Positions 1 to 8,558 of a stretch of DNA of 64,000 bases are shown here, in pieces (position 1 is the first letter of the stretch; each line of letters begins with the position of its first letter). A program made the position numbers and the translations under genes. Below the pieces are notes generated by a model. That model saw only the letters and a list, made by a program, of their open reading frames with translations, did not search any database and had not been told where the DNA came from. The stretch lies in the IMG/VR virus record IMGVR_UViG_3300034684_000282; one strand, given 5' to 3'. This DNA is from an uncultured virus (IMG/VR IMGVR_UViG_3300034684_000282). Lineage: Duplodnaviria > Heunggongvirae > Uroviricota > Caudoviricetes.

Positions 1-30
1 ATTATTTGTTTTTTTATAAATTAATAAAAA

Positions 31-86
<56 letters not shown>

Positions 87-108
87 ACATAACTAAGCGC
101 TGCTTGAG

Positions 109-678
109 TCATCTTGTGAGAACAAAGTTGAAGTGTGTTGACTTAGTGAGCGCCGCAAACACCGGCACCGGGGAGGAGTTAAACTTTACACTGTACGAAC
201 TCTCCTTACCTCTAAAAACCTTGTGTGAGAACTTAACTACCGTGTCACCGATGCATACGTTTGGAGACTTGTTTGCAAAGTTAGTTAGATTCGCTACAGC
301 TACCCACCTTAGGTTAAGCTTTGCCCTAAGAAGGTTGGCTTTCAAGTACCGGACAACTTGGTAGTTCTTGTTTATTACCGGGTAGTCTTCCGTCTGTAGT
401 ACGTTGTACTGGAATATTTCAGTATCGTTAGTAGCGTTTAGTATGATGTTTCTACTTGAAAACACGTCGACAAACCTGACCTCGTACACGTCTGTATTAG
501 TGCTCTCCACAACTTCGTCAACTTCCGTAAAGTAGTACGTCAAGTAGTTGGGAGACGCTGCGTCCGTGTTAAACGTTAGCACTTTAGGCAGCGGTAAACT
601 GTTTTTCTGTAAACTTAATAGATCACTTATAGAAAGTAAACCCACTTCGGTATACACGTAGTTGTTAACGCTTAGCAT
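109..678 (-). CDS. Stand-alone degenerate Hint/intein-like fold protein
   Basis: Blocks LSVNNYVYTEVGLLSISDL / VYEVRF / LNATNDTEIF / WVAVANL / YSVKF / NFVLTR parallel intein blocks A, B, F and G but lack Cys1, the block-B His and the terminal Asn; AGGAG RBS. Confidence 0.55.
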   Translation of the reverse strand: MLSVNNYVYTEVGLLSISDLLSLQKNSLPLPKVLTFNTDAASPNYLTYYFTEVDEVVESTNTDVYEVRFVDVFSSRNIILNATNDTEIFQYNVLQTEDYPVINKNYQVVRYLKANLLRAKLNLRWVAVANLTNFANKSPNVCIGDTVVKFSHKVFRGKESSYSVKFNSSPVPVFAALTKSTHFNFVLTR

Positions 679-695
679 TAACTGACTCCTTTAGA

Positions 696-1772
696 CTACT
701 CAATACCATAAAATATACTTAGTATTTTTTTAGAATCTCTAGCCTTATCTAGCTCAGGATAACCTGTAGGTTTGTCTCCTATGTTATACATAATTCTACG
801 CTCTAAATTGATTATATCCTCTTGTACTTTTAACTTGTCATTAAAATCAAGCTCAATAGTATCGACTAAGTTAAAAAACGCTTTACGAGTCTCTACATCA
901 CCTAAGTATTTTTTATACTTTTCTATAATGTTTGAATTATTGTTATTTCTAGTATTCTCTAAAAATTTTCTTTTATTTATAATATATTTATTTATTCTAA
1001 TTGTTTCCTTTTCAACAGGTTCCTTATAAGTTGCCCCTTTAAACGTGCTCAAGCTGATAGCGCTGGATATCATAAAGTACAGGTTAGATATGGGTCTTAG
1101 GTTAGACTCGAGTATCTTGTAGTCCCTAGCAAAGTCGCGCAGTATCTCAGCGGCTTGGGCAGTTACGTCTCCCGACGGGTTAACCTCGGTGTTTAACCTG
1201 TTAGCCAGCTCCCTCAGCAGCTTTGGCACGGCGGTGTTTGAGTAGAAGCTGTTTAGCTCCTTAGTTATTAGGTTTTTGTACTTATCGGACAGTAGTATCG
1301 CTACCATGTTTAAGGTATTGCGGAGTAGTATTTTCTCGTCATTACTCGCAACGTCGTAGTTTTCCGCGATGTCAATAAGTTCCTTGTCTACGTTTGTGTC
1401 CCTCTTCGCCCATTGGTTCATTATGTAGGAATAGGCTTTCCTAAACCTGAAGTCCTTCTCGTATATCTCGCCTATCCTGTCGACAAAGTCGGTGGACAGA
1501 CTCTCCTTTACTAAGTCTAAGACACCGTCGAAAAAGTTAAAGTTAGTCAGCCCCGGACCCCTGGTTAGAAACTCTAGCCCTACCCTAGCAAAGTTCTTAC
1601 CCGTTCTCTTCATTATCTTAGTTATGTAGGGTTCGGCAACGTTTTTAATTACTTTCTGCTGGTACTTGTCTAAACCAACCTCTCCGAAGGTGTTATCCCC
1701 ACCCTCGTCGTCATCGTCGTCCTCGAGCAGCGCTGAGTAGTTACCCAGCCGCGCGATGTCGTCGTCGGACAT
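696..1772 (-). CDS. Hypothetical protein (AT-rich C-terminal third)
   Basis: 358-aa ORF co-directional with the tail genes. Confidence 0.8.
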   Translation of the reverse strand: MSDDDIARLGNYSALLEDDDDDEGGDNTFGEVGLDKYQQKVIKNVAEPYITKIMKRTGKNFARVGLEFLTRGPGLTNFNFFDGVLDLVKESLSTDFVDRIGEIYEKDFRFRKAYSYIMNQWAKRDTNVDKELIDIAENYDVASNDEKILLRNTLNMVAILLSDKYKNLITKELNSFYSNTAVPKLLRELANRLNTEVNPSGDVTAQAAEILRDFARDYKILESNLRPISNLYFMISSAISLSTFKGATYKEPVEKETIRINKYIINKRKFLENTRNNNNSNIIEKYKKYLGDVETRKAFFNLVDTIELDFNDKLKVQEDIINLERRIMYNIGDKPTGYPELDKARDSKKILSIFYGIE

Positions 1773-1843
1773 GTATATAACACCCGTATCTGCGGACAGT
1801 ACAGGTGTTACAACACCGCTACCTGAGACTACCAGCGAGGCGT

Positions 1844-2014
1844 CTACCCTACTTTTTTTTTACCCAACTCTTTCTTGAACAAGTCAACCTCCTCGGAGTT
1901 GTTGAGGAACTCCAGCACTTCCCTCTCAACTCTCTGGGAGATTAAGTTAATCTTCTCACCGTACTCCTTGACCATCTGCGTAAACTTATCGTTTCCCCAC
2001 TTGGGATCAGCCAT
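1844..2014 (-). CDS. Small hypothetical protein (56 aa, MADPKWGNDKF...GKKKVG), not in the ORF track
   Basis: GAGGTG RBS before ATG at 2014; typical codon usage; ends just after an A9 run. Confidence 0.6.
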   Translation of the reverse strand: MADPKWGNDKFTQMVKEYGEKINLISQRVEREVLEFLNNSEEVDLFKKELGKKKVG

Positions 2015-2036
2015 CGTAACACCTCGGCATTCGTCG

Positions 2037-2390
2037 GTGAACTAATTACAGTCTAAAACTGCAATCTTCCTGCTTCAGCGACTGCAAGGTTCACAGTCTC
2101 TACAGGCGTAAATTCCCTGCGTCCCGCAGGTACTAGGTTTATTTATTTTTGAACTATTTTAGTCATAATAATCATATTATTTGCTGAATAAATATTTTTT
2201 TGTTATATCGTTCTTACGATTGAGCAATTTAACATACTCTCTCTTTATCAAATAAATAATTTTTCTTCTATTGTTAGAGTCCTTTACTTATCAATTTAAC
2301 TTCTTTTGTAAACGTTTAAGGCACTCACTTTTTTCAATAGAAACGTTTAACTTCTCACCGTTTGAGAGAGTAATATTAGTCTTAAAATTT
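2037..2390 (-). pseudogene. tnpB: Internally deleted tnpB remnant with IS200/IS605- or IS607-type right end (omegaRNA scaffold)
   Basis: Translates to KTNITLSNGEK..LKRLQKKLN**VKDSNNRRK..LLNRKND, then SANNMI..VPAGRREFTPVET; the end has GTACCTGCGGGACGCAGGGAATTTACGCCTGT..GTCGCTGAAGCAGGAAG..TAGTTCAC. Confidence 0.8.
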
Positions 2391-2403
2391 ATATATTATT
2401 AAC

Positions 2404-2931
2404 TTATGAAAAGTTGTTTATCCAAATCTTGTCGGCGGCGAACATGCTGCTGATCTCCAGCACCCCGTCATCCTCTACCGACAGGGTGATGTTCTCAATG
2501 TTCGTCGGCCAGACACCGCTCGCCTTGATCTCGTACTGCAGCGAGTTTCCGGAGTCGTCCATGTCGGCCGTGATGTCGTACACGTTTATAGTAGCTTCCT
2601 TCTTGTACTCGTGGGCTAGTGCGATGCGGCCCGTGTTGTGGTCAAACACTAGGTTTCTCCAGCGGTACAGATCTAAGAGCGTGTCGTAAGAGTTGTCAAC
2701 ACCGACGAGAAAACTAGCCGTAATCGTGTACTGCTGGCTGACTCTCCCCGCCAACTGCATGATACCGCTGATCCACGGTACTGGCACGTTGTTAGTCGCA
2801 GGCATGGGTATCGTAAGAGTCCTACAGAGAATGTGTAAGGGTTCTTGGCCGACAACGATAAGTTCGAACGCGTTCTTGCGTACGAAGTCACTTCTTATGT
2901 CTACCGGGTGGTATATGTTTCGGTCACGCAC
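2404..2931 (-). CDS. Tail tube protein (T4 gp19-like)
   Basis: Directly downstream of the sheath gene; QLAGR, WRNLV..G..YKK and GVWPT motifs; 175 aa. Confidence 0.85.
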   Translation of the reverse strand: MRDRNIYHPVDIRSDFVRKNAFELIVVGQEPLHILCRTLTIPMPATNNVPVPWISGIMQLAGRVSQQYTITASFLVGVDNSYDTLLDLYRWRNLVFDHNTGRIALAHEYKKEATINVYDITADMDDSGNSLQYEIKASGVWPTNIENITLSVEDDGVLEISSMFAADKIWINNFS

Positions 2932-3029
2932 TGTTTAATTCACCTCTAAAAGCTTTAAAATTTTTGAAGTAGGGTAGAAGTGTATTCTCCCTCTCTATTA
3001 AGTTTAGTTTGCTCTAAGGAGTACTAGTA

Positions 3030-5696
3030 CTACCCTACCTCTAGCTCGGAGAAGCTAGCTCCCGTAGACGTGATTATAAACCTGTTGATTAGTCTCTCCG
3101 CAACCTTCGTCGGCTTGAGCCAAACCTCAGCCACCATGGTGTTGTTGTCTATGTCGAATGGGGTGTTCGTAGTCTCGTCGCAGACAACCTTAAACTCGTA
3201 CAAGCCCCGCCTCTGCTTGATATCCGACAGTAGGGGGTCAACCAGCTGCGTGTATTGAATCCAAGTAAGCCTGTCGTTAGGCTCAAACAGCAGGTACTTA
3301 GTCGCTGTTGCTAGTATCTTCGTAATGTATATTATCAGCCTCATAACGTTAACCCTGTCGAGCGCGGACGGTTTTCGCTGCAGCGTCTTCTGACCGTACA
3401 CTACGATCCCGTCCCCGGTAAAGTCACAGATTGGGTTGACCGCGTTTGTTCCCGTAGCGTAGAGTAAGTCTCTGTCGGAAACGTTCAGTCGTCTCTCAAC
3501 TTTCTGTACTTTAAACAGCCTACCGCGGTTTAACCCTGCAGGAGCGTTCCACACCTCGGCTACCCTGTCGTTGTACGCGAAGACGCTTACTATCCGCACG
3601 CTGGGCGGTACCCACTGCAATGACTCCGTGAACTCGTCGGAGATCTGGATCCAGGGGTAGTACAGAGCGGCAAAGCTGGAGTTTAAGGCGTTCTCGTTCA
3701 GCCAGCGTCCCGACCCGTTGTGCCAGTTAACTACGTCCTGAACCGTTAGACCCTGGGGAGGGTCAACGATGGCGAAGCAGTCTCCCCTCTCGTTCTCGCA
3801 GAGTTGAATTAGCTTGTTGATAACGGTTTTGTTTCCAGGAAAGTCCGGGCAAGCGATTAGGTTGATGTCGTACTGCTCTGCGTTGGCGAACTGGGAGAGA
3901 GCGCTGACCGCGGAGTACTCAGTGATGTTCTCAGCGTCGTCGTACCCACCGCTCAGCTGCAGCACCGTGTTTAGTACGGGGACAAACCCGGCTTCCTCGT
4001 TCTCTAGCTCTACGCTAACGTAGTTTGAGACAACGCGGTTTGTGACAAAGTTTCTGCTAGAGGGGTCGCTAAACTCAATGTTTTTAAACCTCTCGGAGGG
4101 CAGCTGGTTTGTGCTTAGCTCGGGTACCCACACGTCTAACCCGTAGTTTCCGAAGTCGTCTTTGCTAAACCGAACCTTTAAACCGTTGTAGTACTCTCCC
4201 TTGTAGAGGGAGCTGACGGTTCCCATCTTAGAAAGAAAGTCAACGGTGACTGTGTCACCCTCGCTTAGACTTGCTATGTAGTTAACCGAAACGTACCCCG
4301 TGTCGTAGTCAACAACGCCGTTGCCGAGACTCCCTACTAAGTTACCCTCGCCGTCGTCCGTCAGTACTACGTCACTCCCGACTTTTACTCGCACGCTTCC
4401 CCTGATGACCGGTCGCGCTGACAGCGTAGCGGAGGCGTTGCTGGAGGTGTCTCCACCCTCACCCACGGTTTTAATTACGTCTAAGTGCTTGGCCAAGTAG
4501 TCGGCTAGTATCTGGTACCCACCCTTAAGGGGGTAAGTCAGGGCTATGTCTATAGTCTTATTATCGTAGTCTACTTTGTTCTCCGACACTACAACGTCAC
4601 CCGTAAACTTGCCCTCCCCGTTGTCTTGAGCAACCACTGTTTCTCCCACTAACACCGACACCGAGTTAGGGTAGACAACGGTGTTTAGCGAGCCGATGTA
4701 CGCTCCACCGTAGGTGTACCCGTCGGGCGATGCAGTCCCTATAGTACCAAGAGTCTTAACCTTAAACGTGCTGTACTCGTAGGACGCCCTAAACACGTCT
4801 CCGACCTCAACGTTAGCGCTGCCCGAGAATGCCACTTCCCACTGCCCGGTTATAGCGTTAACGCTTCCACTTCCAACGGTAGCTTCGCTCGTGTCTTTTC
4901 CAACCAGCGTGTACTCGTTGTTTGTAGGCGTACCGGTAACGGTAAACGTGTAAGTGTCATCACTGACTTCAACGCTTAACTCAAATGTGTTTAGGTTGAC
5001 TAAGTTTCCGTGAGACAGCATGCCGGAGTACGTATAGTCTACCGAGTTAACGGTAGCTACCGTTAGCGTAGCTTCGCCGGACACGCTCTTTGTAACGGTG
5101 TTGTACTTAATTGAAACTTCCGACCCGTCAGTCACAACGCTCTCGTCTAGTGTAAACCTGTACTCCCCGGTATCGTAGTCTATAAAGTTTGGGTACAGTG
5201 AAATGTTGGGGTTTAACGCCGGTGAGAAAGAGCCGTGCCCGTCGTCCCTAACCGTTGTGTAGTTAGAGGGGTCGTTTGGGTCAACCAACCTTAGTTCGAG
5301 TGTTTCCGGAACCGGCGAGTAGTTTAGGGTAGCGCTGAATATGTAGCTGTTGTCGTTAGCCGCCGTGGTGACTAACTCGCCCTTAACCTCAACGGCCGTT
5401 GGGATACTAACCGTTGCTTTTCTAGCGGAGGGGCCCAGGGTTCTCGTGAACCAGAGGGAGCTACCGAACTCCAGGAAGCTAACCGCCGCTAAGCTACTGT
5501 ACTCACCGACTCTAGGGGTTCCGAACAAGTCGACAAACTGCCGCACCGACGAAACGAAAGTCGGTTCGGTAGGTCCCTTTCTCGTTTTTCCAACCAGCGC
5601 CAGTATAGACTGAGACAGCCTGGGAGCGTACAGGGAAAAATCTATAGTTTCAAAATACACTCCAGGACTCGCGTGGATAGGCATGTGTAACAACAC
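3030..5696 (-). CDS. Tail sheath protein (gp18-like) with repeated inserted beta domains
   Basis: N-terminal SPGVYFETIDFS and GKTRKGP; C-terminal YYPW, WNAPAGLNRG, NPI, GQKTLQ..SALDRVNV, FEPND; internal DDGxG..DYDTG repeats. Confidence 0.95.
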   Translation of the reverse strand: MLLHMPIHASPGVYFETIDFSLYAPRLSQSILALVGKTRKGPTEPTFVSSVRQFVDLFGTPRVGEYSSLAAVSFLEFGSSLWFTRTLGPSARKATVSIPTAVEVKGELVTTAANDNSYIFSATLNYSPVPETLELRLVDPNDPSNYTTVRDDGHGSFSPALNPNISLYPNFIDYDTGEYRFTLDESVVTDGSEVSIKYNTVTKSVSGEATLTVATVNSVDYTYSGMLSHGNLVNLNTFELSVEVSDDTYTFTVTGTPTNNEYTLVGKDTSEATVGSGSVNAITGQWEVAFSGSANVEVGDVFRASYEYSTFKVKTLGTIGTASPDGYTYGGAYIGSLNTVVYPNSVSVLVGETVVAQDNGEGKFTGDVVVSENKVDYDNKTIDIALTYPLKGGYQILADYLAKHLDVIKTVGEGGDTSSNASATLSARPVIRGSVRVKVGSDVVLTDDGEGNLVGSLGNGVVDYDTGYVSVNYIASLSEGDTVTVDFLSKMGTVSSLYKGEYYNGLKVRFSKDDFGNYGLDVWVPELSTNQLPSERFKNIEFSDPSSRNFVTNRVVSNYVSVELENEEAGFVPVLNTVLQLSGGYDDAENITEYSAVSALSQFANAEQYDINLIACPDFPGNKTVINKLIQLCENERGDCFAIVDPPQGLTVQDVVNWHNGSGRWLNENALNSSFAALYYPWIQISDEFTESLQWVPPSVRIVSVFAYNDRVAEVWNAPAGLNRGRLFKVQKVERRLNVSDRDLLYATGTNAVNPICDFTGDGIVVYGQKTLQRKPSALDRVNVMRLIIYITKILATATKYLLFEPNDRLTWIQYTQLVDPLLSDIKQRRGLYEFKVVCDETTNTPFDIDNNTMVAEVWLKPTKVAERLINRFIITSTGASFSELEVG

Positions 5697-5798
5697 CTCT
5701 CTCTTATATTCTTAAATATCTAGATAGTGATTTTATCTTGTTTTTAATTTTGAGATTAACTATATGTAGACTAGTGATTTCATAAAACTATTAGATCT

Positions 5799-6443
5799 TT
5801 AGGTCAACAGTGTTTCACTGTCTACAATTCTTCTCTCGAGACTTATGTCTAAGACAGACTTCGTGTAGTAGTTCGGGTCTAGCAGCATGGTGTACAAACT
5901 AAAGGTTGCCGTACCGTGAAAGATTCTAGTGCTAGTGTCAGGTAGCTCTACGTACGGCGTAGAGTCAGTGAGTGACACGTCGTGTATGTAACCGTTTACC
6001 TCTAAGTTGTGGTTTGAAATTTCAACAAAAGTTTTTACATAGTGACGCTTATATAGGCAGAACAGTAGTTTTTCAGAAATTTCGTTGTACATCTCTTGCG
6101 TTAGGGTAAAGTAGTCAAGCTGGTAGTTTATGTTGTACGGCATCATCTCCGCACCCTCGTAGACTCTCTTATCGCTGCTAATGCTGTACAGCATCGGTCT
6201 GTTTACCTTACTCTTTACAATCTTTGTCTCTGGGTTTGGAGACAAGCCAGTTCTAACAACTGCCAGCAGGGGGAGTAGGGGAGTTTTACTCTCAGAAACT
6301 TCAAGCTTAACCCCCTGCCTAGAAGGCAGGGCAAACGTTACCTGCGGGGAGTCTACACCCTCTCCGGTGTCAACTTTAATGTTGTCTTTAAAGTATGCAA
6401 CGACTGACTCGTCGTAGAATCTTATAACGGACAAGCAATACAT
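5799..6443 (-). CDS. Tail terminator/sheath stabilizer (gp15-like)
   Basis: LPLLAVVRTG and PYNINYQLDYFT..EISEKL motifs; next to the sheath gene. Confidence 0.65.
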   Translation of the reverse strand: MYCLSVIRFYDESVVAYFKDNIKVDTGEGVDSPQVTFALPSRQGVKLEVSESKTPLLPLLAVVRTGLSPNPETKIVKSKVNRPMLYSISSDKRVYEGAEMMPYNINYQLDYFTLTQEMYNEISEKLLFCLYKRHYVKTFVEISNHNLEVNGYIHDVSLTDSTPYVELPDTSTRIFHGTATFSLYTMLLDPNYYTKSVLDISLERRIVDSETLLT

Positions 6444-6482
6444 CTATCCTTTTTTAACTGTATTTTTAACGCTTAAGCGTTA

Positions 6483-6737
6483 CTACTTGCTAAAGTCGGT
6501 TTCAACCATCTGAATCGCCGAGATCTCCGACAGTAAGATACTTACGGCTTCGATAATACTGTTGTCCTTCTTTTTCTCAATCTTTATCTTCGAAACGTCG
6601 ACTTTTTCCTTGGGAATAAAGTTAACCCACTGCTCGTAGATTGAGAAAGCTTGCTCCTCGTTCATCGTAACTACGATGGACTTACCACTCGCTAGCGTAA
6701 ACACCATCTTTATAACGCGGTTAGCCTTTTGAGACAC
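6483..6737 (-). CDS. Hypothetical protein
   Basis: ORF in operon context. Confidence 0.7.
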   Translation of the reverse strand: MSQKANRVIKMVFTLASGKSIVVTMNEEQAFSIYEQWVNFIPKEKVDVSKIKIEKKKDNSIIEAVSILLSEISAIQMVETDFSK

Positions 6738-7230
6738 TTCTACTTTCCTCCTCTGTAGTATTGTATTTTTTATATAAACTTATATACTGGTCAATTATTG
6801 AGTACGCTTTCTTCACGTTTCCCTCAAACACACTCTTCTCTATATCGGGGTACAGTTTTACCGTGTCGCTGTAGCTAGAGTGGAGCATCTTGTGCACGCA
6901 GTGCATGAGCGGAACGTACGGAACGCAATTCTGCAGGTGTATGTCCGCCAGTATCATCAGCACGAAGAAGGTGTTGAAGGGAACGCCGCGTTCAACAAAC
7001 TTGTCAACTATAGTTTCTACCCAGTCCCAGATAGTCTTACCGTAATGGTGTACCTCTATGTCTACGTTGGACTCGTACTTGTTAACTCCCGTAGCGGCGC
7101 AGGTACTCCTGTTACACTGGTTTAACCACATGCCGTACTCGGGGCTGAGCCTAAATAGCTTTACAACACTCTTTACAAACTGCTCGAAGTCTTCCTCGTC
7201 GAATAACTCGTAAAATATCGCGCTACTCAT
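6721..7230 (-). CDS. HNH-like/Zn-binding protein
   Basis: CAATG..IEVHH..PLMHCVHKMLH pattern. Confidence 0.5.
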   Translation of the reverse strand: MSSAIFYELFDEEDFEQFVKSVVKLFRLSPEYGMWLNQCNRSTCAATGVNKYESNVDIEVHHYGKTIWDWVETIVDKFVERGVPFNTFFVLMILADIHLQNCVPYVPLMHCVHKMLHSSYSDTVKLYPDIEKSVFEGNVKKAYSIIDQYISLYKKYNTTEEESRSVSKG

Positions 7231-7237
7231 GTGATTA

Positions 7238-8002
7238 CTACCCGACCGCGATGAACGTTTCGGGAAACTTATGCCTAGACTTTAGCTCTTCAATTAGAGC
7301 CTTCTCCATCTCTACCGACTCAGCGTACAGGGAGTTGCCCGACGGTTCCAGGGACCCTACGGGTAGTGTAACACCGCTGTATTTTCTCCTTATCTGCCCC
7401 AGCACCTTGCCTACGTTAGCTTGGCAAAACCTTTCAAGCCAGTTAATCTCAAAATCATTTAGGGAGGAGAGGTCCGGTAGGTGGTCAACGAGTAAGTCAA
7501 ACTTGAATATAGTCTCCATAAACGGTGCTGGGTTGATGCTGACAAAGTTTGGCTGGACGAGTTCAGCTCTGGGTTTCGTTCCAAACATCCGCTTGGCAAC
7601 GTCGTACGCTTGAAACATTGATATAAAGTTGATCAAGTGCTGACTGTTTCTAGCCGCGGCTAGTGACATCGGCACCCCCAGCACGGCTTGGATAGGAAGA
7701 CCCAAACCTATCAGGTACTCCACTGAGACAAAAACGTCCAGCACCCCGTTTACCTGGGGAAAGTCAAACATCTCGTAGAGGGTAACGTACGGCCTGACAG
7801 TCTTAGATACTAGTACTTCCCGCGGGGAGTAGGTGTTTAGAAACGATATAGCCTTCTTGACTATGTACTTAAAGCTGTCGTCGCCTATCTCCACGGCGAC
7901 CGTCGGCCAGCCGAACTGGCTGTACACCCTCTGCTTTAGCTCGTTGAAGTCGTCAAGTTCTAACTGAATGTTAGCGTCGGTTGCGTTGTATAAAACACCC
8001 AT
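7238..8002 (-). CDS. Neck/head-tail adaptor protein (gp13-like)
   Basis: FGWPTVAVEI at the N-terminus; LGQIRRKYSGVTLPVG..GNSL..E at the C-terminus. Confidence 0.85.
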   Translation of the reverse strand: MGVLYNATDANIQLELDDFNELKQRVYSQFGWPTVAVEIGDDSFKYIVKKAISFLNTYSPREVLVSKTVRPYVTLYEMFDFPQVNGVLDVFVSVEYLIGLGLPIQAVLGVPMSLAAARNSQHLINFISMFQAYDVAKRMFGTKPRAELVQPNFVSINPAPFMETIFKFDLLVDHLPDLSSLNDFEINWLERFCQANVGKVLGQIRRKYSGVTLPVGSLEPSGNSLYAESVEMEKALIEELKSRHKFPETFIAVG

Positions 8003-8019
8003 TTTGTATCAAACTCTCT

Positions 8020-8544
8020 CTACCCGTTAACTTTAGCTATCTCAAGCGCTAGCTCTCTCTTAGTCTTACCCTCAGTATCGATGTTTAGCTTTTCCGCTAG
8101 TTCTACCAGCTTAACCTTGCTTAGCTTAGCTAGCTCGGATTCCCGAATGTCTACCGCCGCCGTGTTGTTACTCTCTTCCCAAGACAACGCTTCCTCAAAC
8201 CCAGCTTCTAACTCTTCTACTTTATCTACTTCCTCTATTGCTGTGTCTTCTTTAAACAGGCTTGAATCACTCGGTGTGCGAGGACCCTCGATGAGTATGC
8301 CGACGGTGTTTTCTTCGTTAACGACTGGTTCAGGCGCCGGTTCACTAACTTCAAGCTTAGATAAAAGTATTTCATCTAACAGCCGCTTTGGCTTAGCAAG
8401 AGGCTGGGCCGACTCTATCTTGCTCTGCTCTTTGAGAAAGTTAATGTCTTCCTTAGAAAACTTAACTACGTCGCTGTCAAACACTTCTCCTCCCTTAATC
8501 CTTACACCGTTGTGTATAAAGTCTATAAACGCTCTGTACTTCAC
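8020..8544 (-). CDS. Protein with C-terminal Rho-N/HeH-like motif
   Basis: LAKLSKVKLVELAEKLNIDTEGKTKRELALEI. Confidence 0.6.
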   Translation of the reverse strand: MKYRAFIDFIHNGVRIKGGEVFDSDVVKFSKEDINFLKEQSKIESAQPLAKPKRLLDEILLSKLEVSEPAPEPVVNEENTVGILIEGPRTPSDSSLFKEDTAIEEVDKVEELEAGFEEALSWEESNNTAAVDIRESELAKLSKVKLVELAEKLNIDTEGKTKRELALEIAKVNG

Positions 8545-8558
8545 TACACTTCACCCCT

